From Xanthobacteraceae bacterium (GTDB lineage Bacteria > Pseudomonadota > Alphaproteobacteria > Rhizobiales > Xanthobacteraceae), in NCBI GenBank assembly GCA_045801465.1, contig JBJMSU010000065.1, forward strand, positions 1,992 through 65,991: DNA of 64,000 nucleotides. Direction: 5' to 3'. Below, piece by piece: positions 8,911 to 18,678 of the stretch. The position numbers and the translations under genes are program-made. Position 1 is the stretch's first letter. Every line of letters starts with the position of its first letter. The notes below the pieces were generated by a model. The model saw nothing but the letters and a program-made list of their open reading frames with translations, made no database searches and had not been told where the DNA came from.

Positions 8911-9199
8911 CTCACGTTTTTTCCGATGTTCCACGAGCCGACGTGGCGAGACATTATCGTGCACACGCGCGGTCGAATAGCGCTCTTGGCGAAGGAGAAT
9001 TTTCGCTTTCCGGCTTGTCGTGTTGATGACAATAAATTTCTTTCTCGCGGTCGATCCCAGCCCAATTGTCCGGCAGCGGCACGAAACAGGACGCGCCAGG
9101 ATTGGCACTGCGCCCCCCGCTCCCCTATGATTGGCAAGGAACTGCACAGGAGCATACCGGCAGTTTTGCTTTCGTTTGCGAATGGCGGAGACGCAAAAC

Positions 9200-10072
9200 A
9201 TGTCTGTGAGCATAACGCCGTTGACGCCGGCGGTCGGTGCGGAAATCGCCGACCTCGATCTGCGCTCGCTGGATGACGCCACCTTTGCGGCGATCGAGCG
9301 AGCGTGGCACCGCTATTCGGTCCTGCTGTTCCGCAACCAGCAGCTCAGCGATGACGACCTGCTCGCCTTCAGCCGGCGCTTCGGCGAACTCGATCCACCG
9401 CCCAATCAGGAGCACGGCCGGCAAAGCCCGCCCGGCTATCCGGATATCTATGTGGTCTCCAACGTCCTCGACGAAAAAGGGCAGCCGATCGGCGCGCTCG
9501 GCGCCGGCGAGGCGGTCTGGCACACGGACATGAGCTATGCCGACCTGCCGCCGGATGCCTCGATGCTCTACGCCCTGGAGATTCCCCCCGCGGGTGGCAA
9601 TACCTATCTGTGCGGCATGCAGGCTGCCTGGGCGGCATTGCCGCCTGCACTGAAGCGGAAAATCGAAGGGCGCCGCATCAAGCACGACGGCACCTACAAC
9701 AGCGGCGGCTATGTCCGCAAAGGCGTGACGCCGACCGACGATCCGCACCAGGCGCCGGGCGCCTGGCATCCCGCGGTGTGCCGCCATCCGGTGACCGGCG
9801 TGCCGGGCCTCTATCTCGGCCGGCGCCGCAATTCCTATGTCGAGGGCTTCACGCCGGCGGAATCGGACGCGCTGCTGGACCAATTGTGGGAGGAGGCGAC
9901 CCGGCCCGAGTTCGTCTATCAGCACCGCTGGCAAGTCGGCGACCTGCTGTTGTGGGACAACCGCTCGACCCTGCACCGGCGCGATCCGTTCGACGCCGCC
10001 ACGCGGCGCGTCATGCATCGCACCCAGATCAAGGGCAAGTGGCCGCCGCGCGCCTATGTCAGCGCCGCTTGA
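9200..10072 (+). CDS. TauD/TfdA-family Fe(II)/2-oxoglutarate dioxygenase
   Basis: The translation reads MSVSITPLTPAVGAEIADLDLR...WHTDMSY...LWDNRSTLHRR. GGAG lies 10 nt upstream of the ATG at 9200. An alternative in-frame ATG is at 9182. Confidence 0.88.
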   Translation: MSVSITPLTPAVGAEIADLDLRSLDDATFAAIERAWHRYSVLLFRNQQLSDDDLLAFSRRFGELDPPPNQEHGRQSPPGYPDIYVVSNVLDEKGQPIGALGAGEAVWHTDMSYADLPPDASMLYALEIPPAGGNTYLCGMQAAWAALPPALKRKIEGRRIKHDGTYNSGGYVRKGVTPTDDPHQAPGAWHPAVCRHPVTGVPGLYLGRRRNSYVEGFTPAESDALLDQLWEEATRPEFVYQHRWQVGDLLLWDNRSTLHRRDPFDAATRRVMHRTQIKGKWPPRAYVSAA

Positions 10073-10077
10073 CCCTT

Positions 10078-10168
10078 GTCGTCCCCGCGAAGGCGGGAAC
10101 CCATGACCACCGCCGGAGTACATTTCGCGTGACCTGTGGTTATGGGTTCCCGCCTGCGCAGGAACGAC
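10078..10168. repeat. Palindromic intergenic repeat, family A, copy 2
   Basis: The sequence is gtcgtccccgcgaaggcgggaacccatgaccac ... gtggttatgggttcccgcctgcgcaggaacgac. It lies between convergent genes. Confidence 0.85.
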
Positions 10169-10198
10169 TCGCGGCGAAGCCGTCGCGCAAAATCGAGT

Positions 10199-11104
10199 TC
10201 ACGCGGCTGAAAAGAACTTCTTCAGGTCCTCGCGTGCGCTTAAGCCCGCATCCAGCTGCCAGCAGTTGACGACGGCCAGGCGAAAGCCGCCGGGGGGCAT
10301 GGCGTGGTGGGCCGCGGCCCGGTCCTCGTGAAACGTGATCTGCACGCTCGAGATGCCGGGCCGGCGCAAGACGTCATTCACCAGGTCCTGCGGCGGGTGG
10401 CGATAGCGTGGTCCCTTGCGGCCGAACAAGACGACGCTGTAGCCGTCGCGACGGTCGCGGTCGTCGAAGTCCCAGACCCGCCGGCCATAGAGCCGTACCA
10501 ACGCGTCGACCCACCCGACGCCATAGAGGTCGGGCCATTGATCGCTCAGGCGCAGGTGCACCTCGATCATCGTTCCGCCGATGGTCTCGAGATTGAGCAT
10601 GCCGGTGTAGTTGGGCAGGTGACGGCGAATCCACGCGCCGCACCTCTCCTCGATCTTCTGCTCGCCCTCCGCGCGCACGGTCCAGAAATCGAACGTTCCA
10701 CCGCGTCCGGGTTCGCCGGTCACGTGTCGCCACCAGCAGGGCGCGCCTTTCACGACCGCGACGTCGGAGCTGACATGGCGGCCTTCCAGCAGCGGCATCC
10801 ACATGTGGCCGGCGCGATAGTGCCGCTCGTAGTCTTCCGCCGAGCGGATGACCCGGCTGCCGATGCCCATGCCCTTGAGGTTGACGATCGGTTTGGAAAA
10901 CACCGGAAAATGCGGCGGCGTCGTGCCGTGCGGGCCTGCCATCAGGCCTTGGCTGTGCGCGACCGCGATCTTGTCGTAGACCCAGCGCTCGTTCGGGTAC
11001 CACATCCATGCGTCGAAGTCTTCGGTGGGAATGTTGACGTGCGGCGGGCATTCGACGCGGCAGAAATATTGCAGCCGCCACGGATCGGCTTCACAGATCG
11101 GCAT
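10199..11104 (-). CDS. ATP-grasp-like ligase, function unknown
   Basis: The 301-aa ORF has ATP-grasp-like motifs: PVFSKPIVNLKGMGIGSRVI, MWMPLLEGRHVSSDVAVVKG and MLNLETIGGTMIEVHLRLS. It has ordinary amino-acid composition and is co-directional with egtBD. Confidence 0.65.
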   Translation of the reverse strand: MPICEADPWRLQYFCRVECPPHVNIPTEDFDAWMWYPNERWVYDKIAVAHSQGLMAGPHGTTPPHFPVFSKPIVNLKGMGIGSRVIRSAEDYERHYRAGHMWMPLLEGRHVSSDVAVVKGAPCWWRHVTGEPGRGGTFDFWTVRAEGEQKIEERCGAWIRRHLPNYTGMLNLETIGGTMIEVHLRLSDQWPDLYGVGWVDALVRLYGRRVWDFDDRDRRDGYSVVLFGRKGPRYRHPPQDLVNDVLRRPGISSVQITFHEDRAAAHHAMPPGGFRLAVVNCWQLDAGLSAREDLKKFFSAA

Positions 11105-11250
11105 TCAGCGTATCCCCGCCGCGCAGCTCGTGTCCTGTACGCAGTGCAGCGCAAGCGCGTGAGCGCCCAGCGATGCACTGCAGATGCGGGACCCCGATTC
11201 TCCCACGGCAGGCAATCGGGGTCCCGGGTCTGCAGCGCCCCTTCGCTCGG

Positions 11251-12246
11251 CTATGTGTCGCGCTGCGGCCGGGACATGGGCTCGTTCACGAGAAAATAGA
11301 CCGCAAAATATTGGTTGGCATCGGTCCACAGCGCCTGCACGCTCCAGCCGGAGCCGCGGGCCAGCGCGCTGAACGAGGCGGGCGTGTACTTGTAGCTGTT
11401 CTCGGTGTGGATCGTCTCGCCGGCGCGGAATTCGATCGTCTCGCCCAAAACCTTCACCTTCTGGCGCTTGATGCTGGCGAGATGCATCTCGATGCGCGAG
11501 CGCTCGCGATTGAAGAAGGCGTGGTGCTCGAAACATTTGAGATTGAAATTGGCGCCCAGCTCGCGATTGATCCGGGCCAGCAGATTGAGATTGAACTTTG
11601 CCGTCACGCCGGCCGCATCGTTGTAGGCGGCGTGGAGGACGGCGCGGTCCTTGACGAGATCGACGCCGATGATGAATGCCGCGCCGCGCCCGAGAATACG
11701 GCCGGCATTACGCAGGAACGTGCAGGCCTCGTGCGGCTCGAAATTGCCGATGGTCGAGCCGGGGAAGAATCCGGCCCGCGGTAGGCTCGCCAGCTCGGCC
11801 GGCACCTCGAACGGCTGGCAGAAATCGGCATCGACCGGGATAACGGCAAGCCTCGGGAAGCTGCGCCGCAGAACGTCGGCTTCGTGGTGGAGGACTTCCG
11901 ACGAGATGTCCACCGGGATGTAAGCGGCAAGCTGCGGCGCGGCGCCGAGCAGGATCGATGCCTTGGTGCTCGCGCCGCTTCCGAACTCGACCAGCGCGGC
12001 TTGGTCCGGCAGCCGCCCGGCCATGTCGGCCGCGTGCTCGCGGAGAATGCCGAGCTCGGTGCGAGTCGGATAATATTCCGGCAGTTGGCTGATGCGCTCG
12101 AACAGCCGCGAGCCGGCGCTGTCGTAGAAATACTTTGCCGGCAGCGTCTTGCGCTCCGCTTGCAATCCGGCAAGGACGTCGGCGGCGAAAGCGGCGGTAG
12201 CCTTTGATGGTTCGACAAGGGGTGCAACGCGGGCAAGGGCGGGCAT
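11251..12246 (-). CDS. egtD: L-histidine N-alpha-methyltransferase (ergothioneine biosynthesis)
   Basis: Motifs are KYFYDSAGSRLFERISQLPEYYPTRTE, LVEFGSGASTKASILL and ETIHTENSYKY. It starts 9 nt after the egtB stop. Confidence 0.9.
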   Translation of the reverse strand: MPALARVAPLVEPSKATAAFAADVLAGLQAERKTLPAKYFYDSAGSRLFERISQLPEYYPTRTELGILREHAADMAGRLPDQAALVEFGSGASTKASILLGAAPQLAAYIPVDISSEVLHHEADVLRRSFPRLAVIPVDADFCQPFEVPAELASLPRAGFFPGSTIGNFEPHEACTFLRNAGRILGRGAAFIIGVDLVKDRAVLHAAYNDAAGVTAKFNLNLLARINRELGANFNLKCFEHHAFFNRERSRIEMHLASIKRQKVKVLGETIEFRAGETIHTENSYKYTPASFSALARGSGWSVQALWTDANQYFAVYFLVNEPMSRPQRDT

Positions 12247-12255
12247 GGTTTTGAC

Positions 12256-13554
<1,299 letters not shown>

Positions 13555-13753
13555 GCCATCCTCCTCAATCGGGCGCTTGGCAACCGGGTGCAGATGTAAG
13601 GTCGTCGTGGATTCGCCACCAGGGCCGGATCTTCACAATATCGAATCCCGCCAAGGGTGCCATACCGTCTCCGTCGTCCGCGACGACACAACCACGAAAA
13701 ACCGGGATCGTTCCGATGGTTTGGGAGCGTCCGGCCGCGGCAATGCATAAAAT

Positions 13754-13779
13754 GACCCCGGCAAGCCGCTGCCGGGGTC
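13754..13779 (-). terminator. Candidate intrinsic terminator downstream of the MBL hydrolase gene
   Basis: A 9-bp GC stem, gaccccggc / gccggggtc, has an 8-nt loop. On the minus strand it is followed by ATTTTAT. Confidence 0.55.
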
Positions 13780-13870
13780 GTATTCAAATTGTCAGGTCCG
13801 CCGCATCCGCAGATGTTCCCAAGAAAACTCTTTGAGCCCCGACTTCGTTCCAATCTTTTTCGGTCAGCCA

Positions 13871-14671
13871 TCATGCTCGGATCGGATCCGCGTCGAGCCG
13901 TACCACCCAGCCGTCGAGGCCGGCGCGCGCGGGCGGATAGCGTTCGATCACGCGGGGGTCGTGGCCAGGGATGACGTGGTCGCGCGAACTCGCCAGCCGC
14001 TTGAGCGTTTCGTAGCCGTCGAGCACCTCGCCCACATTGTAGGTGATGGGAAATACGCGGCCTTCGTCGATGTGCTGGTAAAGATGAGTCGCATCCGACG
14101 CCAGCACGACATAGCCGCGTCGCGTTTTCACCCGCACGCTCTGCAGTCCCTTGGAATGCCCGCCGATCCGATGCACCGTGATGCCGGGCGCGATCTCGTC
14201 GTCGCCGTCGTGAAATAACACCCGGCCGGCGAACACCTTGCGCACCATGGCGACGACGTCGTCGGACTCGAACGGCAGGCGCAGGTGGGCGTGGCACATC
14301 GAGCGGCCGGTGGCGTAGGCCATCTCGCCGTCCTGCAGGTGATAGCGCGCGCTCGGGAACAGGTCGTAATTGCCGCTGTGGTCGTAGTGCAGGTGGGTGA
14401 CGATGACGGTTTCGATGGTGTCCGGCGCGATACCGATCGCCTTGAGGCCGTCGCCGACCGGCTTGATGAGACTACGCTTGCGCAGCTGCGCCATGGCGGC
14501 ATCGAAACCGGTGTCGACCACATAGGTCCCGTCCGGGCCGACGATCGCCCAGACGTAGAAGTCGAGAGGCTGAAGAACGTCGTGCGGGTCGCCGCCGATA
14601 AAATTTTCCGGCGACCGGCGATCGTGATGACCATAGCGAATCGCATAGACTTCGTACACGTCGTCACTCAT
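13871..14671 (-). CDS. Metallo-beta-lactamase-fold hydrolase (N-acyl-homoserine-lactonase-like subfamily)
   Basis: Start at MSDDVYEVYAIRYG (ATG at 14669-14671). The zinc motif is THLHYDHSGN. The upstream 25 codons of ORF 13871..14746 run through a family A repeat. Confidence 0.85.
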   Translation of the reverse strand: MSDDVYEVYAIRYGHHDRRSPENFIGGDPHDVLQPLDFYVWAIVGPDGTYVVDTGFDAAMAQLRKRSLIKPVGDGLKAIGIAPDTIETVIVTHLHYDHSGNYDLFPSARYHLQDGEMAYATGRSMCHAHLRLPFESDDVVAMVRKVFAGRVLFHDGDDEIAPGITVHRIGGHSKGLQSVRVKTRRGYVVLASDATHLYQHIDEGRVFPITYNVGEVLDGYETLKRLASSRDHVIPGHDPRVIERYPPARAGLDGWVVRLDADPIRA

Positions 14672-14694
14672 CGTGCCACCGATCACTCTCCGGG

Positions 14695-14785
14695 TCGTCC
14701 CCGCGAAGGCCGGGACCCATGACCACTGCCCAAGCATATATCGCAACGTCGGTGGTCATGGGTTCCCGCCTGGCGCGGGAACGAC
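14695..14785. repeat. Palindromic intergenic repeat, family A, copy 3
   Basis: The sequence is gtcgtccccgcgaaggccgggacccatgaccac ... gtggtcatgggttcccgcctggcgcgggaacgac. Confidence 0.85.
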
Positions 14786-14800
14786 GAGAAGCCGAGCCAA

Positions 14801-15703
14801 TCAATCATCGTTGCTCTGCGGCGCGCGCACCTCGACCCCGGCGCGGCGCTCGACCGGCTGCACGATGGTGGTGAGGTCCTTGTCGGGGCCGATCTCGTCG
14901 CAGGCGTGCTGCAGCAGCCGGGCGACGGCCGAGACCACCTCCATCGGCACGCCCAGCGACTTCGCCTCCGCCAGGCACAGGTTCACGTCCTTCATCATCA
15001 GGCCATTGGTGAATCCGAGATCGAACTTGCGTGGGATGATGTTGCGCGGGAACTTGGTTTCCGTCGCCGTATTGCGCCCGGTTCCGGCATTGATGACCTC
15101 GACCATCACGCGCGGGTCGAGCCCCGCCTTCACCCCCATCACGATCGCCTCCGAGGTCGCCGCCATCGCGGTCGCGGAGAGAACATTGTTGGCGAGCTTC
15201 ATGGTCTGGCCGGCCCCCGGCCGCTCACTGATGAAGAACACCTTGCCGAAGACTTTGAGCGCCGGCTCCGCCGCCTCGACCTCGGCGCGCGGGCCCGACA
15301 CCATCACGGCGAGCGTTCCCTTCTCGGCGCCCGACACGCCGCCGCTCACCGGCGCATCGATCTGCACGATGTCTTTCGCCTTCAGCGCGGTGAAGATGCG
15401 GCTCGCCATCTCGGCGCCGGTGGTCGACGTGTCGATGAAACGGCGCACGCGTTTGCCGGCGATGACGCCGTCCCGGCCGGTTGCCACGGCGAGCACGATA
15501 TCCGGGGTAGGCAGGCTCGCGATGACGGTCTCGAGGCGGTCGGCGATCTCGCGCGGCGAGCCGGCCGCCGCCGCCCCCAGCGCGACCAGGCGGTCGATCG
15601 CCGCGCGCCGCGTGTCGTAGACGGTGAGCGTATGGCCCGCCTCGATGAGGCGCCGGGCCATATGGAAGCCCATGTTGCCGAGCCCGATGAAGCCGATGTC
15701 CAT
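14801..15703 (-). CDS. NAD(P)-dependent 3-hydroxyisobutyrate/6-phosphogluconate-type dehydrogenase
   Basis: The Rossmann N-terminus is MDIGFIGLGNMGFHMARRL. GAGQTMKLANN is typical of the HIBADH family. Confidence 0.88.
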   Translation of the reverse strand: MDIGFIGLGNMGFHMARRLIEAGHTLTVYDTRRAAIDRLVALGAAAAGSPREIADRLETVIASLPTPDIVLAVATGRDGVIAGKRVRRFIDTSTTGAEMASRIFTALKAKDIVQIDAPVSGGVSGAEKGTLAVMVSGPRAEVEAAEPALKVFGKVFFISERPGAGQTMKLANNVLSATAMAATSEAIVMGVKAGLDPRVMVEVINAGTGRNTATETKFPRNIIPRKFDLGFTNGLMMKDVNLCLAEAKSLGVPMEVVSAVARLLQHACDEIGPDKDLTTIVQPVERRAGVEVRAPQSNDD

Positions 15704-15882
15704 GCGCCTGGTCCCCGTTCCGAATGGCGGAGTTTCTGCGAACGATAGCCGCTAAGCAATCGGCTCGTCCAAGGGCTTTTCGCATGCACGTCATGTGCGC
15801 CCTGTCTCTTGATCCGGGCGGCGGTTCGTGCACCGATTGTGTGACAAGCAAAAAGTCACAAGGACGAAGGGAGGACCTGACG

Positions 15883-17127
15883 ATGATGACCCGTCGCGCA
15901 TTCACCACGCTTCTTGCCGGATCCGTTGCGGCGCCGGGCGTGTCGCGGGCGCAGACCGCGGCTCCCAAGACGGCTTATTACGCGAGTATCGGCCCCGAGC
16001 TCGGCTGGTACGACATCGATGTCGCCGACGGCACAATCACCGCGCGCGGCGCCGTCACGCTGCCGGCCAATGTGCAATACGTGTGGGCGCACCCGTCGAA
16101 ACGCTATCTCTACGTCGTGTCGAGCAACGGGGGCCCCGGTCTCATTCCCGGCGACCGGCACCTGGCGAGCGCGTTCCGCATCGACGCGAGCGGAGCGCTG
16201 AGCCCGCACGGCGAGCCGCAGTCGCTGCCCTCACGTCCGATCCATTGCAGCGTCGATCGCGCCGGCGCCTACCTGTTGACGGCTTTCAACCACCCGAGCG
16301 CCGTCACGGTGCATCGGATCAACGGCGACGGCACGGTCGGCGGCCTGGTGAACCAGCCGGAGAAACCGGACGGCGGCATCTTCGCGCATCAGATCCTCAC
16401 GACGCCGGGAAACAAGAGCGCGATCCTGGTGACCCGCGGCAATAACGCCGACGGCAACAAGCCGGAGGATCCAGGCGCGCTGAAAGTGTACGGCTTCAAG
16501 GACGGCGTGCTGGCCAATCGCGCCTCGATCGCGCCGGGGGGAGGTCTTGGCTTCGGGCCGCGCCATCTCGACTTCCACCCGAGCCAGCCGTGGGTGTTCG
16601 TGTCGATCGAGCGCCAGAGCGAGCTCCATGTCTATCGGCTCGACGCCGATGGTTTGCTGGTCGCTCAGCCGATGTTCGTCAAGAGCGCGCTGGCCGAGCC
16701 CGGCAACGTACGCCCGACGCAGGCCGCCGGCGCGATCCATGTCCATCCCGATGGACGCTTCGTCTATCTGACCAACCGCAATTCCCGTCTGGTCGAGCTC
16801 GAGGGAAAGAAGGTGTTCGGCGGCGGCGAGAACAACGTCGCAGTGTTCTCGATCGATTCAGCGACCGGCGAACCGACGCTGATCCAGAACATCGACGCCC
16901 GCACCAACCACCTGCGCACCTTCGCCATCGATCCGAGCGGCCGCCTGCTCATCGCAGCGAGCATCCAGCCGATCGCCGTGCGCGAGGAAACGGGCGTCAG
17001 CACGCTCGCCGCTGCCCGCGTTGTTTACCGTATCGGCAACGACGGCAAGCTCGCCTTCGTACGCAAGTACGACGTCGACACCGGCAAGGCGATGCAGTTC
17101 TGGAGCGGAATGGTGACGCTGGGTTGA
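15883..17127 (+). CDS. Seven-bladed beta-propeller lactonase family protein with a Tat/Sec-type signal
   Basis: The ATG at 15883 is preceded by GGGAGGA. The signal reads MMTRRAFTTLLAGSVAAPGVSRAQ. Repeated blade-like segments include YLYVVSS, AYLLTAF, FVYLTNR and LLIAAS. Confidence 0.82.
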   Translation: MMTRRAFTTLLAGSVAAPGVSRAQTAAPKTAYYASIGPELGWYDIDVADGTITARGAVTLPANVQYVWAHPSKRYLYVVSSNGGPGLIPGDRHLASAFRIDASGALSPHGEPQSLPSRPIHCSVDRAGAYLLTAFNHPSAVTVHRINGDGTVGGLVNQPEKPDGGIFAHQILTTPGNKSAILVTRGNNADGNKPEDPGALKVYGFKDGVLANRASIAPGGGLGFGPRHLDFHPSQPWVFVSIERQSELHVYRLDADGLLVAQPMFVKSALAEPGNVRPTQAAGAIHVHPDGRFVYLTNRNSRLVELEGKKVFGGGENNVAVFSIDSATGEPTLIQNIDARTNHLRTFAIDPSGRLLIAASIQPIAVREETGVSTLAAARVVYRIGNDGKLAFVRKYDVDTGKAMQFWSGMVTLG

Positions 17128-17168
17128 GGCGGGCGCTCACGCTAAATTAGAGTGGCGGAAACACGTTG

Positions 17169-18530
17169 CTACTGCGCCTGGCGCAGCTCCGGACGTGCTG
17201 CCAGGCGCGCCGTGTTCAGCCGATGAATCGCGTAGCAGATGACGGCGCCGGCCAGGAAGGGAAGCGTCGACCAGAGATAGAGCTTCTCAACTGGAAGGCC
17301 GACGAACAGCGCGCCGACGAGAGGGCCGACAATCGATCCGATCCGTCCCAGTCCCAACTCCCAGCCCGATCCGTTGGCGCGCAGCGACGTCGGGTATATG
17401 AGCGCGCCGACAACGTTGATGCCGGACTGGATACCGAGCACGCAGAAGCCGGCGAAGAATGTCGCCGTCAGCAATGCGGTCGGGGAGGTCAATCCCGCAT
17501 AGCCGATCGACCCGACCACTGGCACGGCAATAACGAACAGGATGGCAATGGCGAGAAAACGCTGGCGTTGCAGCCACCAGCAAAGCAGCAATGACCCGAC
17601 GGTGCCGCCGACCTGCAGGCTCGCGCCCGCGAGCGCCACCGTCTGAGGCGGAAGCTTGGCGGCCGTCAGCAGCGTCGGCGTCCAGCTCAGCAGAAAGAAA
17701 TAGCCCATGAGGTTGAGGGCGAACAGGAGCCACAGCAGCGGCGTGATCAGCTCGAGCCCGTCGCGGAACAGATAGATCGGATTGAAGCCGGGGAATTGTT
17801 TCTCGTCTTCGACGACAAAGCGAGCGTTGGGCGGCACATGGAGATCGGGCCGAATGGCGGCGATGAGCTTCTCCATTCTGGGGCGCTGGTTCTCGTGCAG
17901 GGCCATGTATTTGATCGATTCCGGCAGGCCGAACATGCCGGCGATGGCGATCATGATCGGCACGATGCCGCCGATTATGAAGAGGATCGGCCAACCGTAT
18001 TGCGGCACATAGGCGGCCGTCACGAAACCCGGGATGGCGCCGCCGATCGGAACGCAACCGACTGCAATGATGGCAAGCGTCGCGCGCAAGTGGCGCGGGG
18101 CGGATTCCGCGTTGATCGCGACGACATTGGGGATGACGCCGCCGATGCCAAGCCCGGCGAGCAGCCGGAGCCAGAACATCTGCTCGAGGGTGCTCGAGTA
18201 GGCGGCCGCCAGCGTGAAAACGCCAAACAGCAGGTTCGAGCCGACCAACGCCGCTTTGCGACCGTAACGATCGCCTACCCAGCCGAACAGCGCCGACCCG
18301 AACAGAATGCCGACGAGGCTCGCGCTGAACACCGGGCCGAGCGCGGACGGCGGAACGCCCCAGGATCGCACCAGGTGCGGCGCCGCGAAGGCGATCGCGG
18401 CGATATCGTAGCCGTCGATAAGGACGATGAAGAACGACCAGATCAGCAACTTGACGTGGAACGAGGTCAATCCGCCTTCGTCGAGCAGACGAGAGACCTG
18501 AACGATTGGTTGGTCCGCCATCATTCCCAT
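17169..18530 (-). CDS. MFS transporter, aromatic acid/H+ symporter-like
   Basis: There are multiple hydrophobic segments. The MFS signature GWVGDRYGRK is present. The start is ambiguous among ATGs at 18530, 18524 and 18521 (MGMMADQ). Confidence 0.85.
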   Translation of the reverse strand: MGMMADQPIVQVSRLLDEGGLTSFHVKLLIWSFFIVLIDGYDIAAIAFAAPHLVRSWGVPPSALGPVFSASLVGILFGSALFGWVGDRYGRKAALVGSNLLFGVFTLAAAYSSTLEQMFWLRLLAGLGIGGVIPNVVAINAESAPRHLRATLAIIAVGCVPIGGAIPGFVTAAYVPQYGWPILFIIGGIVPIMIAIAGMFGLPESIKYMALHENQRPRMEKLIAAIRPDLHVPPNARFVVEDEKQFPGFNPIYLFRDGLELITPLLWLLFALNLMGYFFLLSWTPTLLTAAKLPPQTVALAGASLQVGGTVGSLLLCWWLQRQRFLAIAILFVIAVPVVGSIGYAGLTSPTALLTATFFAGFCVLGIQSGINVVGALIYPTSLRANGSGWELGLGRIGSIVGPLVGALFVGLPVEKLYLWSTLPFLAGAVICYAIHRLNTARLAARPELRQAQ

Positions 18531-18678
18531 CCTGATCTGCGTGCTCGGGCTTGCCGTATGCAATCCAATCCGAAAGAGAAAAACAAGCCTCGACAAATTG
18601 GACAAACCGCGGTCCTTTCTGCTTTCCTGGCCGCGCCGGCAGCCGTTCTGCCGGCGCAAATGCACCAGGAGACATCCG

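Noticed and set aside
9132-9146. A sigma-54-like element tggcaaggaactgca upstream of the TauD-family gene.
   Set aside because: The GG and GC dinucleotides are one base closer than in the TGGCAC-N5-TTGCA consensus, and the conserved C after TGGCA is missing. No enhancer-binding protein gene is nearby.
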